From: an uncultured Chloroflexia bacterium
GTDB taxonomy: Bacteria; Chloroflexota; Chloroflexia; Thermomicrobiales; UBA6265
Direction: 5' to 3'
Length of the DNA: 64,000 nucleotides
Assembly: GCA_963724295.1 (NCBI GenBank)
Contig: CAVRUC010000013.1
Location: forward strand, 512,001-576,000
Positions 19,443 to 28,042 of the stretch are shown in pieces; the first letter of the stretch is position 1, and every line of letters begins with the position of its first letter. The position numbers and the translations under genes were made by a program. The notes below the pieces were generated by a model, which was given only the letters and a program-made list of their open reading frames with translations, searched no databases and was not told the origin of the DNA.

Positions 19443-19976
19443 ATGGGTGACATTGATCCTTCAGTCATCAATGAATATCTGAGTGTTCGAATTGTGGATG
19501 GAGATACCACGAGTCAGGGCCGAGCGCTCGAAGAGCTAATGTGCTATGTGCTGGAGAAAGTGCCCGGTTTCATTGTCACACATAGGAACACTATGAACGT
19601 CTTCCATACTGAAGAAGTAGATGTCGCAATTTGGAATGATCCACATGAGCATGGCATCAGAACGTTTCCCGGAGCTTGGCTCGTCGAGTGTAAGAATTGG
19701 AGCGGTAGGGTTGGAAGCCAAGAGGTCGGATATTTCGCGAGAAAGCTTCTGAATCGACGAGTCGATGTCGGAGTGCTTGTCGCGCTGAATGGAATCACTG
19801 GTGTTCCGCAAGAACTTACGAACGCACACTACGAAATGGCGACAGCGCTCAAAGATGGTGCCCGTATTATTGTGCTTGATCGCGACGATTTGCTCAGACT
19901 TACTCATGGGAAAGAGCTTGCTGCGCTTATAAAGGCGAAGATTTGCGAGTTAGTGTTGACTGCCACCAACGCGTAA
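19443..19976 (+). CDS. Mrr-like restriction endonuclease
   Basis: GRALEEL, EVDV, VECKNW and VGSQEV motifs. Confidence 0.85.
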   Translation: MGDIDPSVINEYLSVRIVDGDTTSQGRALEELMCYVLEKVPGFIVTHRNTMNVFHTEEVDVAIWNDPHEHGIRTFPGAWLVECKNWSGRVGSQEVGYFARKLLNRRVDVGVLVALNGITGVPQELTNAHYEMATALKDGARIIVLDRDDLLRLTHGKELAALIKAKICELVLTATNA

Positions 19977-19989
19977 CACCCGTCTTTGA

Positions 19990-20040
19990 TTATGCCATCC
20001 TGATCGCATCCTCCGCCGTGAACCGCAGCACCACCGGTTC
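19990..20040 (-). repeat. Peptide-tail repeat T6 (EPVVLRFTAEDAIRMA*)
   Basis: CCG GTG GTG CTG CGG TTC ACG GCG GAG GAT GCG ATC AGG ATG GCA TAA on the minus strand. Confidence 0.75.
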
Positions 20041-20200
20041 CCGACGTAGAGGTTCTGTATATGGGGTTTGTGGGTGAGACGCCCAACGTTGTCCGGGTCG
20101 GTGGGCGAACGGCGACAAGCGGCTACTATCGGGTGTGACCTAATAGATCTCAATCACCCCCGGAGACCTAATCCCTAAGCGGGGCTAACTCGGCTGTGTC

Positions 20201-20545
20201 TCACTCCTGACGCTTGGGTGGCCGACCTCGTCGTCGCTGTCCTTCTGGAGATGATGTCTGCTTCCCCTTGCGGGTCCGCGGCTCATCGGTCTTTCTGACG
20301 GCGACGAAGCCGTCCCCCTCGACGGTCTCCACCGTGAGTCCGCGACTTCGTGCAGCCCGACTGATGGCCGCACGCAGCCCCCTCGCGCTCTGCCCCTCCA
20401 CAAGCGGCACCCGCACCGGACTACCAGTTTCGATTTCAGTGAGGAGGGCGACCATCGCCGGATCGGTCTTGCGCATCTTTTGCTGTCGCAGCGAGGCGAA
20501 CTCTTCTTCCGAAAACGGCGCAAATGATTCGATCTTGACAGGCAC
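20201..20545 (-). CDS. Small basic AT-hook protein, copy 2
   Basis: AAGGAG RBS, GTG start, PVRVPLVEGQSARGLR and GQRRRGRPPKR shared with copy 1. Confidence 0.8.
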   Translation of the reverse strand: MPVKIESFAPFSEEEFASLRQQKMRKTDPAMVALLTEIETGSPVRVPLVEGQSARGLRAAISRAARSRGLTVETVEGDGFVAVRKTDEPRTRKGKQTSSPEGQRRRGRPPKRQE

Positions 20546-20847
20546 TCGTGTCTCCTTATTGCCGCATTTCCGATCACTGCGGTGATCCTAGCACGGAGAA
20601 CATTCGCAGTTTGAGACAGACGCGTAGCCATAACAACGCACTCTGACCAGAACGGTCTGACGATCCATCCGCCAATCTCCCGCTCGCGAACGTCATTTGC
20701 GATTAGCACAAGAGCACAATAGCCAAGCGACCATAGGGTCGAGAGCGGCTGAATCGAATTGCCATCTCGCCTAGACTGGTTCAGAACGTTCTATAGGCCG
20801 ATCCACCTGATCTGGCGGCGATCTGCCCATAGGGTAGGGATTGTTGA

Positions 20848-21765
20848 ATGAGCACCTATAAAGAGAAATTCATGAGCAAAGAAGAGTTCATGAGCCAGCC
20901 GCCCGATCCTGAGCGTGAGGAGCGTTGGCGACTTGCACGACGCGATGACCTCGCGAACGTCTTTGGTGTGGTGCTAACCGTTCCAATCCACGGACAGGAC
21001 GAGCTAGGAAACTGGCGATATGGGTTACCTCCGCACAGCGGCATACCAAGCCAAGACATCACGAAAGAGTTCGAGGCCGAGATGCGCTCAATTATTGTTG
21101 AGAGTGCGTCTCCTCTAGTCATAGCTGGCATCCTGTCGGAGCAACAAGTCCAACAGATCAAGAGTCACAGCTACGAAACCGGACCGGCGGCGCAGGGTTG
21201 GCCCCAGACCTTCTTCGAGATCTATCAGCAAGTGGCGCCGATCATTGCCGGATCGGCTGACCTTATTGCTGTAGCCGACTTCGTCAAGCAGGTCGCCAGT
21301 CGCATACGGAGTTGGCAACAGCGAAGTCATGAGGAGATTGAGCGGAATCATGGAGATACGCTAGATCGCACCACACCAGTGGATCTCGATCCTCATATCG
21401 TCTGGACACTCCCCAATCTGGTAGCCCTGTGCTACACGGATCTGGTTCAGCGCCACCATAGAAGCGGCGACTGCAACATTACCGTCTTCCCTCGAAATCG
21501 ATGGGCAGGGTATGGATCTGCGGATCATCCATCGGGAGGCGAAACCTACCTTATCCGCCTCACAACGGGTGCGTCGAGTTACTTCTATCTCGTTGACGGA
21601 CACGGCGGAGTCTCCGAGCACTATCGAACCAATGGTGACGATCTGGAACTACTTGCGCTTCCGGACTTACTGCCTAACGACAGGTCAGGCAACCCGTACA
21701 GGCAACCGGAGCAACCCCGGCGATTCGAGGTGCGGGCATCGGTGTCGCTAAACGAGCAAGCGTGA
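20848..21765 (+). CDS. Hypothetical protein
   Basis: 305-aa ORF with island-like composition and no recognised motif. Confidence 0.65.
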   Translation: MSTYKEKFMSKEEFMSQPPDPEREERWRLARRDDLANVFGVVLTVPIHGQDELGNWRYGLPPHSGIPSQDITKEFEAEMRSIIVESASPLVIAGILSEQQVQQIKSHSYETGPAAQGWPQTFFEIYQQVAPIIAGSADLIAVADFVKQVASRIRSWQQRSHEEIERNHGDTLDRTTPVDLDPHIVWTLPNLVALCYTDLVQRHHRSGDCNITVFPRNRWAGYGSADHPSGGETYLIRLTTGASSYFYLVDGHGGVSEHYRTNGDDLELLALPDLLPNDRSGNPYRQPEQPRRFEVRASVSLNEQA

Positions 21766-21854
21766 GCGCATACGGGAGCTGTCCGCGCACTGTTGTTACA
21801 GGAGCAAACTAAGCCATCCTGCAGTGGAACTCCGAGCATGAAATACGACCCCCG

Positions 21855-21924
21855 CTCAGGCCGCAATCTCCCGCACCGCGTCGTCAGCAGTGAACCGGAG
21901 GATGAGTGGTGCCTGACCTAGATG
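21855..21924 (-). repeat. Peptide-tail repeat T7 (HLGQAPLILRFTADDAVREIAA*), probable right border of the island
   Basis: 62/70 nt identical to T5; overlaps the RBS and first codons of the LLM gene; GC rises immediately afterwards. Confidence 0.9.
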
Positions 21925-23003
21925 TTCAGTTTTTGGGCATGATCCGGACCGACAACATCTCGGAGATCGACAGCGCCGTCGCCCTGTCTGTCGAGGCCAC
22001 GATCGATCCGGACTTCGTGCGTGACTTCGCCCGCGCCCACGAAGCGGCGGGGTTCGACCGGGTCCTCATCGGCTACCACTCCACCGGTCCCGATGCCTGG
22101 CTCGTCGCCGCCCACGCCGCCGCCAATACGGAGCGCCTGCACATGCTGGTGGCGCACCGGCCGGGGTTCCAGGCGCCGACGGTCGCCGCCCGTGCCGCGG
22201 TGACGCTGGACCATTTCAGCGGGGGCCGGGTCTCGCTCAACATCGTCACCGGCGGCAGCGATAGCGAGCTGGCGCGTGACGGCGACTGGTCCGCGAAGGA
22301 CGACCGCTACCGGCGCACCGATGAGTTCCTCGACATCGTGCGGGCCATGTGGACCAGCGCCGAGCCATTCGACTACGAGGGCGAGTTCTACCAGGTGAAA
22401 AACGCCTTCTCCGACGTAAAACCGCTGCAACGCCCCTCGATCCCGATCTACTTCGGCGGCGCCTCAGGGGCGGCGGTCCCGGTCGGCGCGAAGCATGCCG
22501 ACGTCTACATGTTCTGGGGCGAGCCACTCGCGGACACCACGGCGCGGATGGATGCCGTGCGAGCGGCCGCGCCTCCGGGGCGGTCCCCTGCCTTCAGCGT
22601 CTCCGTGCGACCGATTCTCGGCGCGACGGAAGCCGAAGCGTGGGACAAGGCGCACGGCTACCTGGAGCGGATCGTCGCCCATCGCGGGAACGGGCCGGGT
22701 TCCGCCCCCGCGGCCGGCTCGCAACGGCTGCTCGATCTCGCGGCACAACGCGAGGTCTTCGACGACCGGCTCTGGATGGCGATCGCCGCGGCCACCGGCG
22801 CGGGCGGCAATACCTCCGCCCTGGTCGGCACCGCGGAGCAGGTCGCCCAGTCGCTGCTGCGCTACTACGACGCGGGCATCACCAGTTTCCTGATCCGCGG
22901 CTTCGAACCGCTGCAGGATGCCACCGAGTTCGGCCGGGAGCTGATCCCGCTCGTCCGCGAAGAAGTCGCCCGCCGCGACCGCGCCAGCCGGGTCGCCGTC
23001 TAG
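21906..23003 (+). CDS. LLM-class flavin-dependent monooxygenase (SsuD-like)
   Basis: AHEAAGFDRVLIG, AHRPG, TLDHFSGGR, YFGGAS and ALVGT motifs. Confidence 0.92.
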   Translation: MVPDLDVQFLGMIRTDNISEIDSAVALSVEATIDPDFVRDFARAHEAAGFDRVLIGYHSTGPDAWLVAAHAAANTERLHMLVAHRPGFQAPTVAARAAVTLDHFSGGRVSLNIVTGGSDSELARDGDWSAKDDRYRRTDEFLDIVRAMWTSAEPFDYEGEFYQVKNAFSDVKPLQRPSIPIYFGGASGAAVPVGAKHADVYMFWGEPLADTTARMDAVRAAAPPGRSPAFSVSVRPILGATEAEAWDKAHGYLERIVAHRGNGPGSAPAAGSQRLLDLAAQREVFDDRLWMAIAAATGAGGNTSALVGTAEQVAQSLLRYYDAGITSFLIRGFEPLQDATEFGRELIPLVREEVARRDRASRVAV

Positions 23004-23072
23004 CTCTGCCTGGCTCTAACGGCGGTAACGCCTTGCACTTGCACTAGCGGGAGTCCATCCGGTGACTGCCGT

Positions 23073-23142
23073 CCCCCTCTCCTGTCTCCGACGGGAGAGG
23101 GGGGTAGGGGGGTGAGGGCCGGTGCGGGTAGGGGGTGAGGGT
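23073..23142. repeat. REP-like palindromic repeat (CCCCTCTCC...GGAGAGGGG plus GGGGTGAGGG)
   Basis: Hairpin between convergent genes; related copy at 62071-62135. Confidence 0.7.
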
Positions 23143-23143
23143 C

Positions 23144-23656
23144 TCAAAACCGCCAGCGGGTCGCGCCATACGGCTCAGCGGTGGCGAGACCGAAAACCGT
23201 GTGGAACGTGAAGCGGTAGAGGTCCCAGGGTGGCGGTCCCGCGCTGGGAGCGCTGTACGGCGCCGTGAACGCCTCGCCCTCCACTTCCGCCGGCCACCCG
23301 CCCTCGCGGTACAGACCGGCCACCGTCTCCAGCGTCGGCCGATCGGTCACCCGGGTCGCTTCGCCCTCCAGCACGAGGTCGATGCCTTCCCGGCTGATGG
23401 AGATCGTGCAGGCCGGGTTCGCCGCCAGATTGCGCGACTTGCGGGTCCCCGGCCCGCTCGTGAAATAGACATCCCCGTCGTGCCAGCGAGCGCCGACGGG
23501 AACGGCGTGCGGTCGTCCGTCCGGACGCGACGTACCGAGGAAAACGACCGCGGACATCGGTGGCGAGGCGAGGCGGTCGCGTGCCCGGCTCCACGGCATG
23601 GCCGCGTTTCCGTAGCGGTCGAGATTCGTGACGTCGACGGGTTCTCGTTCGGGCAT
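23144..23656 (-). CDS. Pyridoxamine 5'-phosphate oxidase family protein
   Basis: LGTSRPDGRPH and TRKSRNLAANP motifs. Confidence 0.88.
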   Translation of the reverse strand: MPEREPVDVTNLDRYGNAAMPWSRARDRLASPPMSAVVFLGTSRPDGRPHAVPVGARWHDGDVYFTSGPGTRKSRNLAANPACTISISREGIDLVLEGEATRVTDRPTLETVAGLYREGGWPAEVEGEAFTAPYSAPSAGPPPWDLYRFTFHTVFGLATAEPYGATRWRF

Positions 23657-23698
23657 CGTGCACCTCCAGTTCCTGACCCTGCTGACTTACCCAGACTA

Positions 23699-24103
23699 TC
23701 AGGCGCCTGCCGGGCGCTCCTGCACCACCCAGCCGTTGCCGTCGGGATCGCTGAAAAAGAGGAACGAGTTCCAGTCTCCGCCTCGCCCATCGACCCGGAC
23801 ACTACCCTCGAAGTGCTGGACCGGGCTGACCTCCACACCCCCCTGCAGCAACTCCGCCCGCGCGGCGTCGATGTCCGGGACGACCAGCTGGATCCCCTGC
23901 ACCGACCCCGGCGTCGACGCGGGGAGACCCGTCCCGATGGCGATCGAGCAGGCCGAGCCGGCCGGCGTCAGCTGCACGACCCGCATCTCGTCGCCGATGC
24001 GGGTGTCATGGTCGACAACGAAACCAACCTGCTCGCCGTAGAAGCGCTTGGCCCGGTCCACGTCCGTCACCGGGATGACCACCAGCTCGAGCTTCCAATC
24101 CAT
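23699..24103 (-). CDS. VOC/glyoxalase family protein
   Basis: PVTDVDRAKRFY and FSDPDGNGW motifs. Confidence 0.9.
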   Translation of the reverse strand: MDWKLELVVIPVTDVDRAKRFYGEQVGFVVDHDTRIGDEMRVVQLTPAGSACSIAIGTGLPASTPGSVQGIQLVVPDIDAARAELLQGGVEVSPVQHFEGSVRVDGRGGDWNSFLFFSDPDGNGWVVQERPAGA

Positions 24104-24201
24104 CCACCATCATCCTTTCCCGCGCCGGAACAACCGTTGCACTCGATAGTCGGTCGGGAGCGCCCCATATCGACATGCGGCAAGCGGTAGCATTGGTCAC
24201 C

Positions 24202-25369
24202 ATGGACTATCCCTTTCCCAGGACCGAGCGCCAGGCCGAGCTGATCGCCCTCGCCGATTCGCTGGCCGGGCCGTTCGCCGCCCGCGCCGAGAGTGTCGAC
24301 CGCGACGGCAGCTTTCCGTTCCAGAACTTCCGCGAGCTGCACGATGCCGGATACCTCGGGCTCACGATTCCCAAAGAGCGCGGCGGTCTCGGCGCCACCC
24401 CGCTCGAATATGCGCTCGCCCACGAGCGGATCGCCCGCGCCTGCGGCTCGACCGCGCTCGCCTCGAACATGCACCTCTCGCTGATCGGCCGCATCAACGA
24501 GACCGGCATGTGGCCGGACCAGATCCTCGATCGCGTGAACGAAGACATCATCACCAACGGCGCGCTCATCAACTCGGTCAACAGCGAGCCCGATCTGGGA
24601 AGCCCCAGCCGGGGAGGCATGCCGACGACGACAGCCGAGCGCACGCCGCGCGGGTGGATCATCAACGGCCGAAAGCGCTGGGCGAGCCTGGCCCCTGCCC
24701 TGACCTACATGCTGACCCTGGCCACCATCGTCGATGGCGATGCACCCCCGCGGCGCGGCAATTTCCTCGGTGCCGGCGTCCTCTGCCGGCGTACGAATCG
24801 ACGAGACCTGGGATAACCTGGGCATGCGCGGCACCGCCAGCGACGATGTCGTCTTCACCGACGTCGAGGTGCCATTGGATGCCCTGGTGCCGGTCGATGG
24901 GTCGTCTGTACCGGGCGATGGTCTCGGCTGGTCCGCTTTCGGCGGCGCGGCGGTCTTCCTCGGTATCGGGCAGGCCGCGCGTGATGCCGCGATCCAGTTT
25001 GCCCACGAGCGGCGACCCAACGGCATGAACGGATCGATCGCGACGTTGCAAACGATCCAGCACCGTATCGCGGCGATCGAGCTCGATCTACTCCAGGCGC
25101 GGACGCTCCTCTACGCTACGGCCGAGTGGTGGACCGAGCGGCCCCAGGAGCGGCCGGCGAACATGTGGCGGCTGGCGGCGGCGAAGTACGCCGTGACGAA
25201 CGCGGCCATCCGCGCCACGGACGAGGCCCTCCGCGTGGCGGGATCGGCCGGTCTGGCCGCCACCTCGCCGCTGCAGCGCTACTTCCGCGACGCGCGCACC
25301 GCCATCGGGCAGCCTCCCATCGAAGACGTCGCGCTGACGACAATCGGCAAGGCGGCGCTGGGTGTTTGA
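24202..25369 (+). CDS. Acyl-CoA dehydrogenase family protein (SfnB/DszC-like), frameshifted near 24769
   Basis: SEP, INGRKRWAS, WDNLGMRGTAS and LQRYFRDAR motifs over two ORFs; one extra G in CTCGGTG. Confidence 0.88.
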
Positions 25370-25590
25370 GGGGGTGCCGCCTTCGGCTCAGGGGGTGCCA
25401 GCCGCTTGCACGGCTTCAGGGGGAGCCGGTCGCTGCGCTCCCTCAGGGGGTGGCGTCCGCTGCGCGGACTCAGGGGGGTAGGAGGACGACTAAGATCGCC
25501 GTCGTGCTTCTTCCCCCCTGAGCCGCAGGCGCCACCCCCTGAGGCGGTGAAACCGCCGGCACCCCCTGAGGCGCAGCCGGCACCCCCTTC
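25366..25590. repeat. Inverted cluster of short repeats: about five (TC)AGGGGG units facing about four CCCCCT(GA) units
   Basis: Read directly from the sequence. Confidence 0.75.
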
Positions 25591-25607
25591 GTAAAGGAGA
25601 TCGGGAC

Positions 25608-27269
25608 ATGGCAGCCGAGATCGGACCTGAGGAACAGATCGACGCATTCTGGGAACTGACCGAAGATCAGATTTCCGTGCTTCGCCGGCATGGCCAGGTC
25701 CAGCAGACCCACGATGGCCAGGTGCTCTTCCATCAGGGCGAGCTCACCTGCGACTTCTACGTCGTTCTCGAAGGGGAGGTCGAGCTCATCGAGCCAACCC
25801 TCGTCACCCCTCGGGTCATCGGTGTGCGCAAGCCGCGCGAGATCGTCGGCGAGCTCAACCTCCTGACCGAGGAAGTCACCTACCTCTCCGCCGTCGTGCG
25901 GAAAGGGGGGAGCGTGCTGGCCATCCCCGCCGACGATCTGCGCACGATCGTCACCGATGACCCGGGGTTCAGCGACTTCCTCCTGCGCGCGTTCCTGCTC
26001 CTGCGCTCGCATCTGGTCGAGCTCGGTGCCGGGCTGAAGATCATCGGCTCCCACTTTTCGCCCGACACCAGACGGCTGCGGCAGTTCGCCGCGCGCAGCC
26101 GTCTTCCCCACGATTGGATGGACGTTGAGAAAGACCCGCTAGCGGAATCACTGCTGCGCCAGTTCAATGTCAAGCCGGACGAGACGCCGGTGGTGATCTG
26201 GAAGGGCGCCGAGATCCTGCGCAATCCCTCGAACGCCGATCTGGCGCGAGTGCTCGGGATCGGCGACGTCCTCGATCCGGAGGCGCACTACGACTTGATC
26301 GTCGTCGGCTCGGGACCGGGCGGGTTGGCCGCCGCTGTCTACGGCGCTTCGGAAGGGCTCAAGACGCTCATCGTGGAGTCGGTCGCTACCGGCGGCCAGG
26401 CGGGAATGGCGTCCCGCATCGAGAATTACCTCGGCTTCCCGGCGGGGTTGTCCGGGGTCGAGCTGGCGAGCAGAGCGCTGTTGCAGGCCGAAAAATTCGG
26501 CGCCAGCATCGCGGTCCCCCGCGAGGCCGTCGCCCTGCGTCGTGATGGACACACCTATGCCATCACCCTCGATGACGGGGAAGAGATCGCCGCCGGCAGC
26601 GTCATCCTGGCCCTCGGCGCGCGGTACCGCAAGCTCGACGTCCCGGGCGAGGCCGAGCTGGAAGGCGGCAACGTCTACTACGCTGCGACCGAAGTCGAGG
26701 CCCAGGTCTGCCAGGGGCAGAACATCGCGGTCGTGGGCGGCGGTAACTCCGCCGGGCAGGCGGCGTTGTTCCTGGCGGAGCGCGCGAACAAGGTCTACCT
26801 GCTGGCGCGCTGCGATGATCTGAATGAGGACATGTCTCGCTACCTCATCGACCGCATCGTGGCGACATCCAACATCGAGCTGCTGGTCCAGACGTGCGTC
26901 GCCGAATTGGTGGGCCAGAACGCGCTGACCGGAGTCAAGGTCGAGCACAAGTACACCGGCAAGGGGCGCACGATCGGCGTCGCGGCCCTCTTCATCTTTA
27001 TCGGGGCGGATGCGCCGACGGCGTGGTTGGCGGACACGCTGGCGCTCGACGAGAAGGGCTTCATCTCGACCGGGCTCTCCGTCAAGACCGCTCCCGCGTG
27101 GCAAGACGCGGCTCGCGATCCGTTCCTGTTTGAGGCCAGCCTACCGGGAGTCTTCGCCGTGGGCGACGTCCGCAGCGGAGCCATCCGGCGCGCAGCCTCG
27201 GCGGTCGGCGAGGGATCAATGGCGGTCCGGCTCTGCCACGCCTACCTGGCCGAGACCCGAGGCGCCTGA
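25608..27269 (+). CDS. cNMP-binding domain plus thioredoxin-reductase-like FAD/NAD(P)H oxidoreductase
   Basis: LFHQGE...GEL cNMP domain; GSGPGG, IENYLGFP, GGGNSAGQ and AVGDVR motifs. Confidence 0.92.
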   Translation: MAAEIGPEEQIDAFWELTEDQISVLRRHGQVQQTHDGQVLFHQGELTCDFYVVLEGEVELIEPTLVTPRVIGVRKPREIVGELNLLTEEVTYLSAVVRKGGSVLAIPADDLRTIVTDDPGFSDFLLRAFLLLRSHLVELGAGLKIIGSHFSPDTRRLRQFAARSRLPHDWMDVEKDPLAESLLRQFNVKPDETPVVIWKGAEILRNPSNADLARVLGIGDVLDPEAHYDLIVVGSGPGGLAAAVYGASEGLKTLIVESVATGGQAGMASRIENYLGFPAGLSGVELASRALLQAEKFGASIAVPREAVALRRDGHTYAITLDDGEEIAAGSVILALGARYRKLDVPGEAELEGGNVYYAATEVEAQVCQGQNIAVVGGGNSAGQAALFLAERANKVYLLARCDDLNEDMSRYLIDRIVATSNIELLVQTCVAELVGQNALTGVKVEHKYTGKGRTIGVAALFIFIGADAPTAWLADTLALDEKGFISTGLSVKTAPAWQDAARDPFLFEASLPGVFAVGDVRSGAIRRAASAVGEGSMAVRLCHAYLAETRGA

Positions 27270-27283
27270 CCGGACACAGACAG

Positions 27284-27422
27284 GTGTCATTCCGAACCCG
27301 CCGTCACGGTGTCATCCCGAGCCCGCAGGCAACGTGTCATTCCGAGCCCACAGGCGAGGAATCTCGTCTGCGGCATATGAACGCGGCCTGCGGCCGAGAT
27401 CCATCACCCGTTCAGGATGACA
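27284..27422. repeat. REP-like TGTCATYCCGA repeat cluster
   Basis: Three TGTCATYCCGA units closed by GGATGACA; related partial copy near 44475. Confidence 0.7.
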
Positions 27423-27442
27423 CCGGTACGCTGTCGCGGGAC

Positions 27443-28042
27443 TCAGCTTGCTGTCGTGACTGACTCCGTCGTCGTGCCGGCCTCAGTCGCACCCGTGGCC
27501 GAGACCGTCTCGGGGCCGCTGCCCCCGACGAGCAGTACAGTCACCAGGGTGTTCGAGAACGTGTCGATCGGCGTGAAATAGGCGACTCCGGAGAGACCCG
27601 AGCCATTCATCCCCACCATACCGACGGCAAGCGTGCCATCGGGGTTCAGCGCGCCACCGACATCTCCGCAGGCGACGACCGTGCTCGCCGCGGGCGATTC
27701 CCGGACAACGACGACGTGATTGGAGGCGAGAAAGTCGGCGATGGCGAATTGCACCACCGTGCCCGATTGCTCGACCGGCGTCGCGCTGGCCTGTCCTTGC
27801 AGGTCGCCGCTGGTAATGACCAGGTTCGCCAGCGGGGCAACCACTTCTCCCGGGCTGCCACAGGTCCCGGCAAGGAGCTCCGCCGGGCGATCGACGGAAG
27901 ACGTCTGCGCCAGCGTCGATGGGGTCGTCACGGCGACGACCACCAGGCTCAGGATGACGAGCCAGAGCCTCAGCGGCACGGCAGGGCACCCTGGTCGATG
28001 CGAGCCACGTTCAGCTCGCGGCCGGGAACTCGAACTCTGCAA
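27443..28042 (-). CDS. Exported protein with a degenerate CHRD/SodC-like domain
   Basis: Signal peptide; PAELLAGTC...VACGDVGG...SGLSGVAY. Confidence 0.75.
   Translation of the reverse strand: MQSSSSRPRAERGSHRPGCPAVPLRLWLVILSLVVVAVTTPSTLAQTSSVDRPAELLAGTCGSPGEVVAPLANLVITSGDLQGQASATPVEQSGTVVQFAIADFLASNHVVVVRESPAASTVVACGDVGGALNPDGTLAVGMVGMNGSGLSGVAYFTPIDTFSNTLVTVLLVGGSGPETVSATGATEAGTTTESVTTAS

Noticed and set aside
9443..21765. Classical integron cassette array
   Set aside because: No intI gene, no convincing RYYYAAC...GTTRRRY attC sites, and genes lie in both orientations.
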